Of a stretch of DNA of 37,264 nt, positions 8,157 to 20,975 are shown piece by piece. The notes beneath the pieces are model-generated. The model ran no database searches, had not been told where the DNA came from, and saw nothing but the letters and a program-made list of their open reading frames with translations. This stretch comes from Paramoeba atlantica. Lineage: Eukaryota > Protista > Discosea. Both the position numbers and the translations under genes were made by a program. The DNA lies in the NCBI GenBank assembly GCA_977017575.1, contig CDRNVI010000096.1, positions 1 to 37,264 of the forward strand, read 5' to 3'. Position 1 is the stretch's first letter, and each line of letters starts with the position of its first letter.

Positions 8157-9653
8157 CTTGTTGACTCTTACCGCTATCTGGGAAACATTCAGGATTCAGG
8201 CGTTTCTTCGCCAGTAAAAGACCGCTTAAGGCTCACCTGGGCCGCATTTCGGAAGCTCAAGGGCATTTGGGACTCGCCACTGAGTGCATCAACAAAACTG
8301 CGTTTGTTTGATTGCCTCGTTTACCCAATCATGACCTTTGGTGCCGCTTCGCTTTCCATATCCAACAAAATGCTTCGGCAAACAGAAGTTGAGCTCAATA
8401 TGATGCGAAGATTTTGCTGTAATTGTGCTAAATTGGACGAGTTTGGACACTGCTACCCTATCGAGTCACTTTATTGCGGCACTCCTCGTTTCTCCACCGT
8501 ACATCGCGTTAGTCGGGCTAAAATTGTTGGTCACATTCTAAGGCACTCATTCATGTTTCGAGATCTTATCCAGTGGAAATGCAGCGATAGGAAACGAAAT
8601 CTCTCACCAAGCGAAGCTTGCTTTCACGATCTGGACATTACCGAAGAACAAGCCCTCGTATACGCTCAGGATCGAGATCACTGGAAAAAGTTATGTGAAG
8701 ATTTAAAGGTAGCACTCGAACCGCTTCCGGATTACGAAAGACTCTCTTCTCCTAGATGGAAAAGTAAACATGCCCACGCCTTGAAGCAAGATACGCCTTA
8801 CGATTTGCAATTTGTCGAAGAAAGTTCTGATCCTTTTCCATTAAAAGATGATGAGGTTCACTTCTATATTGATGGTTCAGTCCGTGCCTTGCGGGTGACA
8901 AACGAGATCAGAGCAGGTGCTGGAATTGTTGTGCTTCAACGATGGACAACCGATAAATGTTTTTCCTTAACATTAGATGTTGATAGTGCCGAGCAAGCTG
9001 AGGCTGAATCTTTTCGAGAGGCGCTTAAAAGAATACCGGACGGAGCAAAAGATATCGTAGTACACACAGATTCGTTCTATGTGTGGAACTTCTTTCATCA
9101 CGTTCGCATCCGGAGACGGGTAATAGGGTATGACCGCGTCGTCAACAGAAACATTCTACAAGATATAGATCATCAGGTGCGGAAACTAAAATCTCAGAAT
9201 GTTAATTTGTATGTGTGCAAAGTTAAATCTCATAATGGGAACGAATATAACGACAAAGCTGATGTCTTGGCTCTTTCGGCGTCACGAAGGCCGTTAAAAT
9301 CACAAGAGGCAAAGAGGTTGAAGACGACAAAAGCTCCTTCTTCTTCTTCTTCTGACCCAATATCCTCGCCAGAAGCGACACTCATATTGCGCCCAAGAAG
9401 GAATGTTGACACTATTTCATCCAAACGCAAGAATAACACTACTGCAAGTGGGGCTCTATCCAAAAAGGGTAGCTCACTGTCTGGAGAGCCTGGAGTGAAA
9501 CCGTCTGAAAAAACGAATGCTATGATCCTGAGTAGGCCTGATGTCGGTAAAGAAAAAAGTTGCAAGGGAAATAGGGAGTCTGATAAGATCGTGGAAACAA
9601 AGGGAAAGAAGTCTCCCAAGAGAAAGAAGGCTTCACGAAAATTAGAACAGTAG
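8157..9653 (+). CDS. Truncated RT thumb, RNase H, basic tail ORF, copy 3
   Basis: Translation identical to copy 1 (ORF track 8304-9653). Confidence 0.88.
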   Translation, partial: LVDSYRYLGNIQDSGVSSPVKDRLRLTWAAFRKLKGIWDSPLSASTKLRLFDCLVYPIMTFGAASLSISNKMLRQTEVELNMMRRFCCNCAKLDEFGHCYPIESLYCGTPRFSTVHRVSRAKIVGHILRHSFMFRDLIQWKCSDRKRNLSPSEACFHDLDITEEQALVYAQDRDHWKKLCEDLKVALEPLPDYERLSSPRWKSKHAHALKQDTPYDLQFVEESSDPFPLKDDEVHFYIDGSVRALRVTNEIRAGAGIVVLQRWTTDKCFSLTLDVDSAEQAEAESFREALKRIPDGAKDIVVHTDSFYVWNFFHHVRIRRRVIGYDRVVNRNILQDIDHQVRKLKSQNVNLYVCKVKSHNGNEYNDKADVLALSASRRPLKSQEAKRLKTTKAPSSSSSDPISSPEATLILRPRRNVDTISSKRKNNTTASGALSKKGSSLSGEPGVKPSEKTNAMILSRPDVGKEKSCKGNRESDKIVETKGKKSPKRKKASRKLEQ

Positions 9654-9704
9654 TATCTTTAATCGGTTTTTAACCGATCTATTAGGATAGGATAGGATAG
9701 GAGG
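8157..9704 (+). mobile_element. 5'-truncated non-LTR retrotransposon, copy 3
   Basis: Same ends and TSD as copy 1. Confidence 0.93.
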
Positions 9705-10329
9705 ATTGTAATAGTGTGGTGGAAAAACGTCGGTTTCACACGAAACTCGCATCCACCGTGCGACCCCATTCCGTGGAGAACGATCTTTGTTTTCTTCGAT
9801 CGCACTGATTCCGTTAGATGCACAGAGCGTGATTTCACGTGAATCGAACAATTCCGCGAGATGTTTTACTTGGGGCAAAGCAGGGCAGCACATGAACAAT
9901 GAAAACAGGACGCGCAATGGCGCGGAACACCTTCCACGTGACACCTTCCGAAACGCGTTCTGCACAATCCAGGTATAAAACAACGAATTTCTTCGCCCGG
10001 CCGTTGCAAAGACCCACCCCTTACCGATAGATTTCGTAGCTCTGCTCTAAACGTGAACGCATCGTGCTCAACCTCTCTTCCCGACTATGTCATCGCAAAA
10101 ATTGTATGTGTCACTTCTGGGCCGTTCGCATGGGCATGTGTTGGGCACACTCAAACCCCCATTTCATTCATCAATGCGACCTACGGTTGTGAATGTCGCC
10201 TTGCTTGGGGGGGGGGGGCTGTAAGGATCGTTAAGCGAGCGAAATCGGGGAGTTTCCATTATGACATGAATTAGCAAGGTAAAGTGCACCGCTATGGACA
10301 CACAAAATTCGAGACACACCACGACGGAA

Positions 10330-10410
10330 GCGTCCATACCCAAGTGGTTAAGGGGCCTGACTTGAAATCAGGTGTGTTCTCACGCGCAGGTTCGAACCCT
10401 GCTGGGCGCG
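10330..10410 (+). tRNA. trnS(UGA): tRNA-Ser(UGA), copy 4, fully paired
   Basis: Identical to copy 2. Confidence 0.96.
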
Positions 10411-11206
10411 TTTTTGCGATTCTCTTCGTTCACAATCGTGTGGCCGCTTTTGGGCGCGCGCGAGAGACGCAACGTGAATCGCAGAAGCAATGGTACATTT
10501 TAGGGTATTTTCTTTGCTGAAATGAAGTCTTTTTGGCCTGTGTAGCAGATGACGTTTTGGCGGCAGAGACGGTGAATGGGTAGATGGCCGTGCGCGTGTC
10601 AAATGTAAAAGCCCGAAAAGTGTACCGCTTTTTAGCGCATCATATCTTAAAATTCAAAATGACGTCAGATTTACCTCTTTCCGCCTGCACGGTGAAGGGG
10701 GGTTTTCAGATATCTCTGGACGCGACGTTTGCATGACTTCCGTGCATGGCGTGCGTCGATTGCGAAACGCCGAACCAGCAAGCTACACCTCCTGAGTGGT
10801 CGTGCTTCGCGCGATATTTTCTGTAGAGATAGAGTTTTTCCGTTAGTCAGTATGATTGCGAAACAAAACGTGGGTTTCGCCAGTCCACTTTTTGTCCGTT
10901 CTTCCCTGAATCAAATCTTAAACAATTTTAACCCTTTCTAATTGATGAGCGTTCTGATCGCTCGTGCTTTGCTCTGATATTTGCTTTGGGCACTCTTTTC
11001 ACATGATTTCACTGATACTATAAGACTTCCCCTCTTCTAACGCAAGAATTTGTTGTCATCGGACATTCTTTTAGTCAAATCAATGCTTGATTGCACAAGC
11101 TTCCTGCATCTCAAGGGGGGGGGTTGTATTTCTCTACACCTCTTTCACTTTTCACCTGCTCTTCCAAGCAACAGGGTCACAGGGCGCGCGCGTATTGTAA
11201 TAGTGT

Positions 11207-12703
11207 CTTGTTGACTCTTACCGCTATCTGGGAAACATTCAGGATTCAGGCGTTTCTTCGCCAGTAAAAGACCGCTTAAGGCTCACCTGGGCCGCATTTC
11301 GGAAGCTCAAGGGCATTTGGGACTCGCCACTGAGTGCATCAACAAAACTGCGTTTGTTTGATTGCCTCGTTTACCCAATCATGACCTTTGGTGCCGCTTC
11401 GCTTTCCATATCCAACAAAATGCTTCGGCAAACAGAAGTTGAGCTCAATATGATGCGAAGATTTTGCTGTAATTGTGCTAAATTGGACGAGTTTGGACAC
11501 TGCTACCCTATCGAGTCACTTTATTGCGGCACTCCTCGTTTCTCCACCGTACATCGCGTTAGTCGGGCTAAAATTGTTGGTCACATTCTAAGGCACTCAT
11601 TCATGTTTCGAGATCTTATCCAGTGGAAATGCAGCGATAGGAAACGAAATCTCTCACCAAGCGAAGCTTGCTTTCACGATCTGGACATTACCGAAGAACA
11701 AGCCCTCGTATACGCTCAGGATCGAGATCACTGGAAAAAGTTATGTGAAGATTTAAAGGTAGCACTCGAACCGCTTCCGGATTACGAAAGACTCTCTTCT
11801 CCTAGATGGAAAAGTAAACATGCCCACGCCTTGAAGCAAGATACGCCTTACGATTTGCAATTTGTCGAAGAAAGTTCTGATCCTTTTCCATTAAAAGATG
11901 ATGAGGTTCACTTCTATATTGATGGTTCAGTCCGTGCCTTGCGGGTGACAAACGAGATCAGAGCAGGTGCTGGAATTGTTGTGCTTCAACGATGGACAAC
12001 CGATAAATGTTTTTCCTTAACATTAGATGTTGATAGTGCCGAGCAAGCTGAGGCTGAATCTTTTCGAGAGGCGCTTAAAAGAATACCGGACGGAGCAAAA
12101 GATATCGTAGTACACACAGATTCGTTCTATGTGTGGAACTTCTTTCATCACGTTCGCATCCGGAGACGGGTAATAGGGTATGACCGCGTCGTCAACAGAA
12201 ACATTCTACAAGATATAGATCATCAGGTGCGGAAACTAAAATCTCAGAATGTTAATTTGTATGTGTGCAAAGTTAAATCTCATAATGGGAACGAATATAA
12301 CGACAAAGCTGATGTCTTGGCTCTTTCGGCGTCACGAAGGCCGTTAAAATCACAAGAGGCAAAGAGGTTGAAGACGACAAAAGCTCCTTCTTCTTCTTCT
12401 TCTGACCCAATATCCTCGCCAGAAGCGACACTCATATTGCGCCCAAGAAGGAATGTTGACACTATTTCATCCAAACGCAAGAATAACACTACTGCAAGTG
12501 GGGCTCTATCCAAAAAGGGTAGCTCACTGTCTGGAGAGCCTGGAGTGAAACCGTCTGAAAAAACGAATGCTATGATCCTGAGTAGGCCTGATGTCGGTAA
12601 AGAAAAAAGTTGCAAGGGAAATAGGGAGTCTGATAAGATCGTGGAAACAAAGGGAAAGAAGTCTCCCAAGAGAAAGAAGGCTTCACGAAAATTAGAACAG
12701 TAG
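11207..12703 (+). CDS. Truncated RT thumb, RNase H, basic tail ORF, copy 4
   Basis: Translation identical to copy 1 (ORF track 11354-12703). Confidence 0.88.
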   Translation, partial: LVDSYRYLGNIQDSGVSSPVKDRLRLTWAAFRKLKGIWDSPLSASTKLRLFDCLVYPIMTFGAASLSISNKMLRQTEVELNMMRRFCCNCAKLDEFGHCYPIESLYCGTPRFSTVHRVSRAKIVGHILRHSFMFRDLIQWKCSDRKRNLSPSEACFHDLDITEEQALVYAQDRDHWKKLCEDLKVALEPLPDYERLSSPRWKSKHAHALKQDTPYDLQFVEESSDPFPLKDDEVHFYIDGSVRALRVTNEIRAGAGIVVLQRWTTDKCFSLTLDVDSAEQAEAESFREALKRIPDGAKDIVVHTDSFYVWNFFHHVRIRRRVIGYDRVVNRNILQDIDHQVRKLKSQNVNLYVCKVKSHNGNEYNDKADVLALSASRRPLKSQEAKRLKTTKAPSSSSSDPISSPEATLILRPRRNVDTISSKRKNNTTASGALSKKGSSLSGEPGVKPSEKTNAMILSRPDVGKEKSCKGNRESDKIVETKGKKSPKRKKASRKLEQ

Positions 12704-12754
12704 TATCTTTAATCGGTTTTTAACCGATCTATTAGGATAGGATAGGATAGGAGG
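11207..12754 (+). mobile_element. 5'-truncated non-LTR retrotransposon, copy 4
   Basis: Same ends and TSD as copy 1. Confidence 0.93.
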
Positions 12755-13382
12755 ATTGTAATAGTGTGGTGGAAAAACGTCGGTTTCACACGAAACTCGC
12801 ATCCACCGTGCGACCCCATTCCGTGGAGAACGATCTTTGTTTTCTTCGATCGCACTGATTCCGTTAGATGCACAGAGCGTGATTTCACGTGAATCGAACA
12901 ATTCCGCGAGATGTTTTACTTGGGGCAAAGCAGGGCAGCACATGAACAATGAAAACAGGACGCGCAATGGCGCGGAACACCTTCCACGTGACACCTTCCG
13001 AAACGCGTTCTGCACAATCCAGGTATAAAACAACGAATTTCTTCGCCCGGCCGTTGCAAAGACCCACCCCTTACCGATAGATTTCGTAGCTCTGCTCTAA
13101 ACGTGAACGCATCGTGCTCAACCTCTCTTCCCGACTATGTCATCGCAAAAATTGTATGTGTCACTTCTGGGCCGTTCGCATGGGCATGTGTTGGGCACAC
13201 TCAAACCCCCATTTCATTCATCAATGCGACCTACGGTTGTGAATGTCGCCTTGCTTGGGGGGGGGGGGGGGCTGTAAGGATCGTTAAGCGAGCGAAATCG
13301 GGGAGTTTCCATTATGACATGAATTAGCAAGGTAAAGTGCACCGCTATGGACACACAAAATTCGAGACACACCACGACGGAA

Positions 13383-13463
13383 GCGTCCATACCCAAGTGG
13401 TTAAGGGGCCTGACTTGAAATCAGGTGTGTTCTCACGCGCAGGTTCGAACCCTGCTGGGCGCG
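13383..13463 (+). tRNA. trnS(UGA): tRNA-Ser(UGA), copy 5, fully paired
   Basis: Identical to copy 2. Confidence 0.96.
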
Positions 13464-14259
13464 TTTTTGCGATTCTCTTCGTTCACAATCGTGTGGCCGC
13501 TTTTGGGCGCGCGCGAGAGACGCAACGTGAATCGCAGAAGCAATGGTACATTTTAGGGTATTTTCTTTGCTGAAATGAAGTCTTTTTGGCCTGTGTAGCA
13601 GATGACGTTTTGGCGGCTGAGACGGTGAATGGGTAGATGGCCGTGCGCGTGTCAAATGTAAAAGCCCGAAAAGTGTACCGCTTTTTAGCGCATCATATCT
13701 TAAAATTCAAAATGACGTCAGATTTACCTCTTTCCGCCTGCACGGTGAAGGGGGGTTTTCAGATATCTCTGGACGCGACGTTTGCATGACTTCCGTGCAT
13801 GGCGTGCGTCGATTGCGAAACGCCGAACCAGCAAGCTACACCTCCTGAGTGGTCGTGCTTCGCGCGATATTTTCTGTAGAGATAGAGTTTTTCCGTTAGT
13901 CAGTATGATTGCGAAACAAAACGTGGGTTTCGCCAGTCCACTTTTTGTCCGTTCTTCCCTGAATCAAATCTTAAACAATTTTAACCCTTTCTAATTGATG
14001 AGCGTTCTGATCGCTCGTGCTTTGCTCTGATATTTGCTTTGGGCACTCTTTTCACATGATTTCACTGATACTATAAGACTTCCCCTCTTCTAACGCAAGA
14101 ATTTGTTGTCATCGGACATTCTTTTAGTCAAATCAATGCTTGATTGCACAAGCTTCCTGCATCTCAAGGGGGGGGGTTGTATTTCTCTACACCTCTTTCA
14201 CTTTTCACCTGCTCTTCCAAGCAACAGGGTCACAGGGCGCGCGCGTATTGTAATAGTGT

Positions 14260-15756
14260 CTTGTTGACTCTTACCGCTATCTGGGAAACATTCAGGATTC
14301 AGGCGTTTCTTCGCCAGTAAAAGACCGCTTAAGGCTCACCTGGGCCGCATTTCGGAAGCTCAAGGGCATTTGGGACTCGCCACTGAGTGCATCAACAAAA
14401 CTGCGTTTGTTTGATTGCCTCGTTTACCCAATCATGACCTTTGGTGCCGCTTCGCTTTCCATATCCAACAAAATGCTTCGGCAAACAGAAGTTGAGCTCA
14501 ATATGATGCGAAGATTTTGCTGTAATTGTGCTAAATTGGACGAGTTTGGACACTGCTACCCTATCGAGTCACTTTATTGCGGCACTCCTCGTTTCTCCAC
14601 CGTACATCGCGTTAGTCGGGCTAAAATTGTTGGTCACATTCTAAGGCACTCATTCATGTTTCGAGATCTTATCCAGTGGAAATGCAGCGATAGGAAACGA
14701 AATCTCTCACCAAGCGAAGCTTGCTTTCACGATCTGGACATTACCGAAGAACAAGCCCTCGTATACGCTCAGGATCGAGATCACTGGAAAAAGTTATGTG
14801 AAGATTTAAAGGTAGCACTCGAACCGCTTCCGGATTACGAAAGACTCTCTTCTCCTAGATGGAAAAGTAAACATGCCCACGCCTTGAAGCAAGATACGCC
14901 TTACGATTTGCAATTTGTCGAAGAAAGTTCTGATCCTTTTCCATTAAAAGATGATGAGGTTCACTTCTATATTGATGGTTCAGTCCGTGCCTTGCGGGTG
15001 ACAAACGAGATCAGAGCAGGTGCTGGAATTGTTGTGCTTCAACGATGGACAACCGATAAATGTTTTTCCTTAACATTAGATGTTGATAGTGCCGAGCAAG
15101 CTGAGGCTGAATCTTTTCGAGAGGCGCTTAAAAGAATACCGGACGGAGCAAAAGATATCGTAGTACACACAGATTCGTTCTATGTGTGGAACTTCTTTCA
15201 TCACGTTCGCATCCGGAGACGGGTAATAGGGTATGACCGCGTCGTCAACAGAAACATTCTACAAGATATAGATCATCAGGTGCGGAAACTAAAATCTCAG
15301 AATGTTAATTTGTATGTGTGCAAAGTTAAATCTCATAATGGGAACGAATATAACGACAAAGCTGATGTCTTGGCTCTTTCGGCGTCACGAAGGCCGTTAA
15401 AATCACAAGAGGCAAAGAGGTTGAAGACGACAAAAGCTCCTTCTTCTTCTTCTTCTGACCCAATATCCTCGCCAGAAGCGACACTCATATTGCGCCCAAG
15501 AAGGAATGTTGACACTATTTCATCCAAACGCAAGAATAACACTACTGCAAGTGGGGCTCTATCCAAAAAGGGTAGCTCACTGTCTGGAGAGCCTGGAGTG
15601 AAACCGTCTGAAAAAACGAATGCTATGATCCTGAGTAGGCCTGATGTCGGTAAAGAAAAAAGTTGCAAGGGAAATAGGGAGTCTGATAAGATCGTGGAAA
15701 CAAAGGGAAAGAAGTCTCCCAAGAGAAAGAAGGCTTCACGAAAATTAGAACAGTAG
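14260..15756 (+). CDS. Truncated RT thumb, RNase H, basic tail ORF, copy 5
   Basis: Translation identical to copy 1 (ORF track 14407-15756). Confidence 0.88.
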   Translation, partial: LVDSYRYLGNIQDSGVSSPVKDRLRLTWAAFRKLKGIWDSPLSASTKLRLFDCLVYPIMTFGAASLSISNKMLRQTEVELNMMRRFCCNCAKLDEFGHCYPIESLYCGTPRFSTVHRVSRAKIVGHILRHSFMFRDLIQWKCSDRKRNLSPSEACFHDLDITEEQALVYAQDRDHWKKLCEDLKVALEPLPDYERLSSPRWKSKHAHALKQDTPYDLQFVEESSDPFPLKDDEVHFYIDGSVRALRVTNEIRAGAGIVVLQRWTTDKCFSLTLDVDSAEQAEAESFREALKRIPDGAKDIVVHTDSFYVWNFFHHVRIRRRVIGYDRVVNRNILQDIDHQVRKLKSQNVNLYVCKVKSHNGNEYNDKADVLALSASRRPLKSQEAKRLKTTKAPSSSSSDPISSPEATLILRPRRNVDTISSKRKNNTTASGALSKKGSSLSGEPGVKPSEKTNAMILSRPDVGKEKSCKGNRESDKIVETKGKKSPKRKKASRKLEQ

Positions 15757-15807
15757 TATCTTTAATCGGTTTTTAACCGATCTATTAGGATAGGATAGGA
15801 TAGGAGG
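14260..15807 (+). mobile_element. 5'-truncated non-LTR retrotransposon, copy 5
   Basis: Same ends and TSD as copy 1. Confidence 0.93.
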
Positions 15808-16435
15808 ATTGTAATAGTGTGGTGGAAAAACGTCGGTTTCACACGAAACTCGCATCCACCGTGCGACCCCATTCCGTGGAGAACGATCTTTGTTTTCTTC
15901 GATCGCACTGATTCCGTTAGATGCACAGAGCGTGATTTCACGTGAATCGAACAATTCCGCGAGATGTTTTACTTGGGGCAAAGCAGGGCAGCACATGAAC
16001 AATGAAAACAGGACGCGCAATGGCGCGGAACACCTTCCACGTGACACCTTCCGAAACGCGTTCTGCACAATCCAGGTATAAAACAACGAATTTCTTCGCC
16101 CGGCCGTTGCAAAGACCCACCCCTTACCGATAGATTTCGTAGCTCTGCTCTAAACGTGAACGCATCGTGCTCAACCTCTCTTCCCGACTATGTCATCGCA
16201 AAAATTGTATGTGTCACTTCTGGGCCGTTCGCATGGGCATGTGTTGGGCACACTCAAACCCCCATTTCATTCATCAATGCGACCTACGGTTGTGAATGTC
16301 GCCTTGCTTGGGGGGGGGGGGGGGCTGTAAGGATCGTTAAGCGAGCGAAATCGGGGAGTTTCCATTATGACATGAATTAGCAAGGTAAAGTGCACCGCTA
16401 TGGACACACAAAATTCGAGACACACCACGACGGAA

Positions 16436-16516
16436 GCGTCCATACCCAAGTGGTTAAGGGGCCTGACTTGAAATCAGGTGTGTTCTCACGCGCAGGTTCG
16501 AACCCTGCTGGGCGCG
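16436..16516 (+). tRNA. trnS(UGA): tRNA-Ser(UGA), copy 6, fully paired
   Basis: Identical to copy 2. Confidence 0.96.
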
Positions 16517-17925
16517 TTTTTGCGATTCTCTTCGTTCACAATCGTGTGGCCGCTTTTGGGCGCGCGCGAGAGACGCAACGTGAATCGCAGAAGCAATGGT
16601 ACATTTTAGGGTATTTTCTTTGCTGAAATGAAGTCTTTTTGGCCTGTGTAGCAGATGACGTTTTGGCGGCAGAGACGGTGAATGGGTAGATGGCCGTGCG
16701 CGTGTCAAATGTAAAAGCCCGAAAAGTGTACCGCTTTTTAGCGCATCATATCTTAAAATTCAAAATGACGTCAGATTTACCTCTTTCCGCCTGCACGGTG
16801 AAGGGGGGTTTTCAGATATCTCTGGACGGGACGTTTGCATGACTTCCGTGCATGGCGTGCGTCGATTGCGAAACGCCGAACCAGCAAGCTACACCTCCTG
16901 AGTGGTCGTGCTTCGCGCGATATTTTCTGTAGAGATAGAGTTTTTCCGTTAGTCAGTATGATTGCGAAACAAAACGTGGGTTTCGCCAGTCCACTTTTTG
17001 TCCGTTCTTCCCTGAATCAAATCTTAAACAATTTTAACCCTTTCTAATTGATGAGCGTTCTGATCGCTCGTGCTTTGCTCTGATATTTGCTTTGGGCACT
17101 CTTTTCACATGATTTCACTGATACTATAAGACTTCCCCTCTTCTAACGCAAGAATTTGTTGTCATCGGACATTCTTTTAGTCAAATCAATGCTTGATTGC
17201 ACAAGCTTCCTGCATCTCAAGGGGGGGGGTTGTATTTCTCTACACCTCTTTCACTTTTCACCTGCTCTTCCAAGCAACAGGGTCACAGGGCGCGCGCGTA
17301 TTGTAATAGTGTGGTGGAAAAACGTCGGTTTCACACGAAACTCGCATCCACCGTGCGACCCCATTCCGTGGAGAACGATCTTTGTTTTCTTCGATCGCAC
17401 TGATTCCGTTAGATGCACAGAGCGTGATTTCACGTGAATCGAACAATTCCGCGAGATGTTTTACTTGGGGCAAAGCAGGGCAGCACATGAACAATGAAAA
17501 CAGGACGCGCAATGGCGCGGAACACCTTCCACGTGACACCTTCCGAAACGCGTTCTGCACAATCCAGGTATAAAACAACGAATTTCTTCGCCCGGCCGTT
17601 GCAAAGACCCACCCCTTACCGATAGATTTCGTAGCTCTGCTCTAAACGTGAACGCATCGTGCTCAACCTCTCTTCCCGACTATGTCATCGCAAAAATTGT
17701 ATGTGTCACTTCTGGGCCGTTCGCATGGGCATGTGTTGGGCACACTCAAACCCCCATTGCATTCATCAATGCGACCTACGGTTGTGAATGTCGCCTTGCT
17801 TGGGGGGGGGGGGGCTGTAAGGATCGTTAAGCGAGCGAAATCGGGGAGTTTCCATTATGACATGAATTAGCAAGGTAAAGTGCACCGCTATGGACACACA
17901 AAATTCGAGACACACCACGACGGAA

Positions 17926-18006
17926 GCGTCCATACCCAAGTGGTTAAGGGGCCTGACTTGAAATCAGGTGTGTTCTCAGGCGCAGGTTCGAACCCTGCTG
18001 GGCGCG
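17926..18006 (+). tRNA. trnS(UGA): tRNA-Ser(UGA), copy 7, variable-arm variant
   Basis: C>G at 17979 (CACG to CAGG) breaks one G-C pair of the variable-arm stem. Confidence 0.88.
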
Positions 18007-18802
18007 TTTTTGCGATTCTCTTCGTTCACAATCGTGTGGCCGCTTTTGGGCGCGCGCGAGAGACGCAACGTGAATCGCAGAAGCAATGGTACATTTTAGG
18101 GTATTTTCTTTGCTGAAATGAAGTCTTTTTGGCCTGTGTAGCAGATGACGTTTTGGCGGCAGAGACGGTGAATGGGTAGATGGCCGTGCGCGTGTCAAAT
18201 GTAAAAGCCCGAAAAGTGTACCGCTTTTTAGCGCATCATATCTTAAAATTCAAAATGACGTCAGATTTACCTCTTTCCGCCTGCACGGTGAAGGGGGGTT
18301 TTCAGATATCTCTGGACGGGACGTTTGCATGACTTCCGTGCATGGCGTGCGTCGATTGCGAAACGCCGAACCAGCAAGCTACACCTCCTGAGTGGTCGTG
18401 CTTCGCGCGATATTTTCTGTAGAGATAGAGTTTTTCCGTTAGTCAGTATGATTGCGAAACAAAACGTGGGTTTCGCCAGTCCACTTTTTGTCCGTTCTTC
18501 CCTGAATCAAATCTTAAACAATTTTAACCCTTTCTAATTGATGAGCGTTCTGATCGCTCGTGCTTTGCTCTGATATTTGCTTTGGGCACTCTTTTCACAT
18601 GATTTCACTGATACTATAAGACTTCCCCTCTTCTAACGCAAGAATTTGTTGTCATCGGACATTCTTTTAGTCAAATCAATGCTTGATTGCACAAGCTTCC
18701 TGCATCTCAAGGGGGGGGGTTGTATTTCTCTACACCTCTTTCACTTTTCACCTGCTCTTCCAAGCAACAGGGTCACAGGGCGCGCGCGTATTGTAATAGT
18801 GT

Positions 18803-20299
18803 CTTGTTGACTCTTACCGCTATCTGGGAAACATTCAGGATTCAGGCGTTTCTTCGCCAGTAAAAGACCGCTTAAGGCTCACCTGGGCCGCATTTCGGAA
18901 GCTCAAGGGCATTTGGGACTCGCCACTGAGTGCATCAACAAAACTGCGTTTGTTTGATTGCCTCGTTTACCCAATCATGACCTTTGGTGCCGCTTCGCTT
19001 TCCATATCCAACAAAATGCTTCGGCAAACAGAAGTTGAGCTCAATATGATGCGAAGATTTTGCTGTAATTGTGCTAAATTGGACGAGTTTGGACACTGCT
19101 ACCCTATCGAGTCACTTTATTGCGGCACTCCTCGTTTCTCCACCGTACATCGCGTTAGTCGGGCTAAAATTGTTGGTCACATTCTAAGGCACTCATTCAT
19201 GTTTCGAGATCTTATCCAGTGGAAATGCAGCGATAGGAAACGAAATCTCTCACCAAGCGAAGCTTGCTTTCACGATCTGGACATTACCGAAGAACAAGCC
19301 CTCGTATACGCTCAGGATCGAGATCACTGGAAAAAGTTATGTGAAGATTTAAAGGTAGCACTCGAACCGCTTCCGGATTACGAAAGACTCTCTTCTCCTA
19401 GATGGAAAAGTAAACATGCCCACGCCTTGAAGCAAGATACGCCTTACGATTTGCAATTTGTCGAAGAAAGTTCTGATCCTTTTCCATTAAAAGATGATGA
19501 GGTTCACTTCTATATTGATGGTTCAGTCCGTGCCTTGCGGGTGACAAACGAGATCAGAGCAGGTGCTGGAATTGTTGTGCTTCAACGATGGACAACCGAT
19601 AAATGTTTTTCCTTAACATTAGATGTTGATAGTGCCGAGCAAGCTGAGGCTGAATCTTTTCGAGAGGCGCTTAAAAGAATACCGGACGGAGCAAAAGATA
19701 TCGTAGTACACACAGATTCGTTCTATGTGTGGAACTTCTTTCATCACGTTCGCATCCGGAGACGGGTAATAGGGTATGACCGCGTCGTCAACAGAAACAT
19801 TCTACAAGATATAGATCATCAGGTGCGGAAACTAAAATCTCAGAATGTTAATTTGTATGTGTGCAAAGTTAAATCTCATAATGGGAACGAATATAACGAC
19901 AAAGCTGATGTCTTGGCTCTTTCGGCGTCACGAAGGCCGTTAAAATCACAAGAGGCAAAGAGGTTGAAGACGACAAAAGCTCCTTCTTCTTCTTCTTCTG
20001 ACCCAATATCCTCGCCAGAAGCGACACTCATATTGCGCCCAAGAAGGAATGTTGACACTATTTCATCCAAACGCAAGAATAACACTACTGCAAGTGGGGC
20101 TCTATCCAAAAAGGGTAGCTCACTGTCTGGAGAGCCTGGAGTGAAACCGTCTGAAAAAACGAATGCTATGATCCTGAGTAGGCCTGATGTCGGTAAAGAA
20201 AAAAGTTGCAAGGGAAATAGGGAGTCTGATAAGATCGTGGAAACAAAGGGAAAGAAGTCTCCCAAGAGAAAGAAGGCTTCACGAAAATTAGAACAGTAG
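18803..20299 (+). CDS. Truncated RT thumb, RNase H, basic tail ORF, copy 6
   Basis: Translation identical to copy 1 (ORF track 18950-20299). Confidence 0.88.
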   Translation, partial: LVDSYRYLGNIQDSGVSSPVKDRLRLTWAAFRKLKGIWDSPLSASTKLRLFDCLVYPIMTFGAASLSISNKMLRQTEVELNMMRRFCCNCAKLDEFGHCYPIESLYCGTPRFSTVHRVSRAKIVGHILRHSFMFRDLIQWKCSDRKRNLSPSEACFHDLDITEEQALVYAQDRDHWKKLCEDLKVALEPLPDYERLSSPRWKSKHAHALKQDTPYDLQFVEESSDPFPLKDDEVHFYIDGSVRALRVTNEIRAGAGIVVLQRWTTDKCFSLTLDVDSAEQAEAESFREALKRIPDGAKDIVVHTDSFYVWNFFHHVRIRRRVIGYDRVVNRNILQDIDHQVRKLKSQNVNLYVCKVKSHNGNEYNDKADVLALSASRRPLKSQEAKRLKTTKAPSSSSSDPISSPEATLILRPRRNVDTISSKRKNNTTASGALSKKGSSLSGEPGVKPSEKTNAMILSRPDVGKEKSCKGNRESDKIVETKGKKSPKRKKASRKLEQ

Positions 20300-20350
20300 T
20301 ATCTTTAATCGGTTTTTAACCGATCTATTAGGATAGGATAGGACAGGAGG
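18803..20350 (+). mobile_element. 5'-truncated non-LTR retrotransposon, copy 6
   Basis: Same ends and TSD; T>C at 20344 in the last TAGGA repeat. Confidence 0.93.
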
Positions 20351-20975
20351 ATTGTAATAGTGTGGTGGAAAAACGTCGGTTTCACACGAAACTCGCATCC
20401 ACCGTGCGACCCCATTCCGTGGAGAACGATCTTTGTTTTCTTCGATCGCACTGATTCCGTTAGATGCACAGAGCGTGATTTCACGTGAATCGAACAATTC
20501 CGCGAGATGTTTTACTTGGGGCAAAGCAGGGCAGCACATGAACAATGAAAACAGGACGCGCAATGGCGCGGAACACCTTCCACGTGACACCTTCCGAAAC
20601 GCGTTCTGCACAATCCAGGTATAAAACAACGAATTTCTTCGCCCGGCCGTTGCAAAGACCCACCCCTTACCGATAGATTTCGTAGCTCTGCTCTAAACGT
20701 GAACGCATCGTGCTCAACCTCTCTTCCCGACTATGTCATCGCAAAAATTGTATGTGTCACTTCTGGGCCGTTCGCATGGGCATGTGTTGGGCACACTCAA
20801 ACCCCCATTGCATTCATCAATGCGACCTACGGTTGTGAATGTCGCCTTGCTTGGGGGGGGGGGGCTGTAAGGATCGTTAAGCGAGCGAAATCGGGGAGTT
20901 TCCATTATGACATGAATTAGCAAGGTAAAGTGCACCGCTATGGACACACAAAATTCGAGACACACCACGACGGAA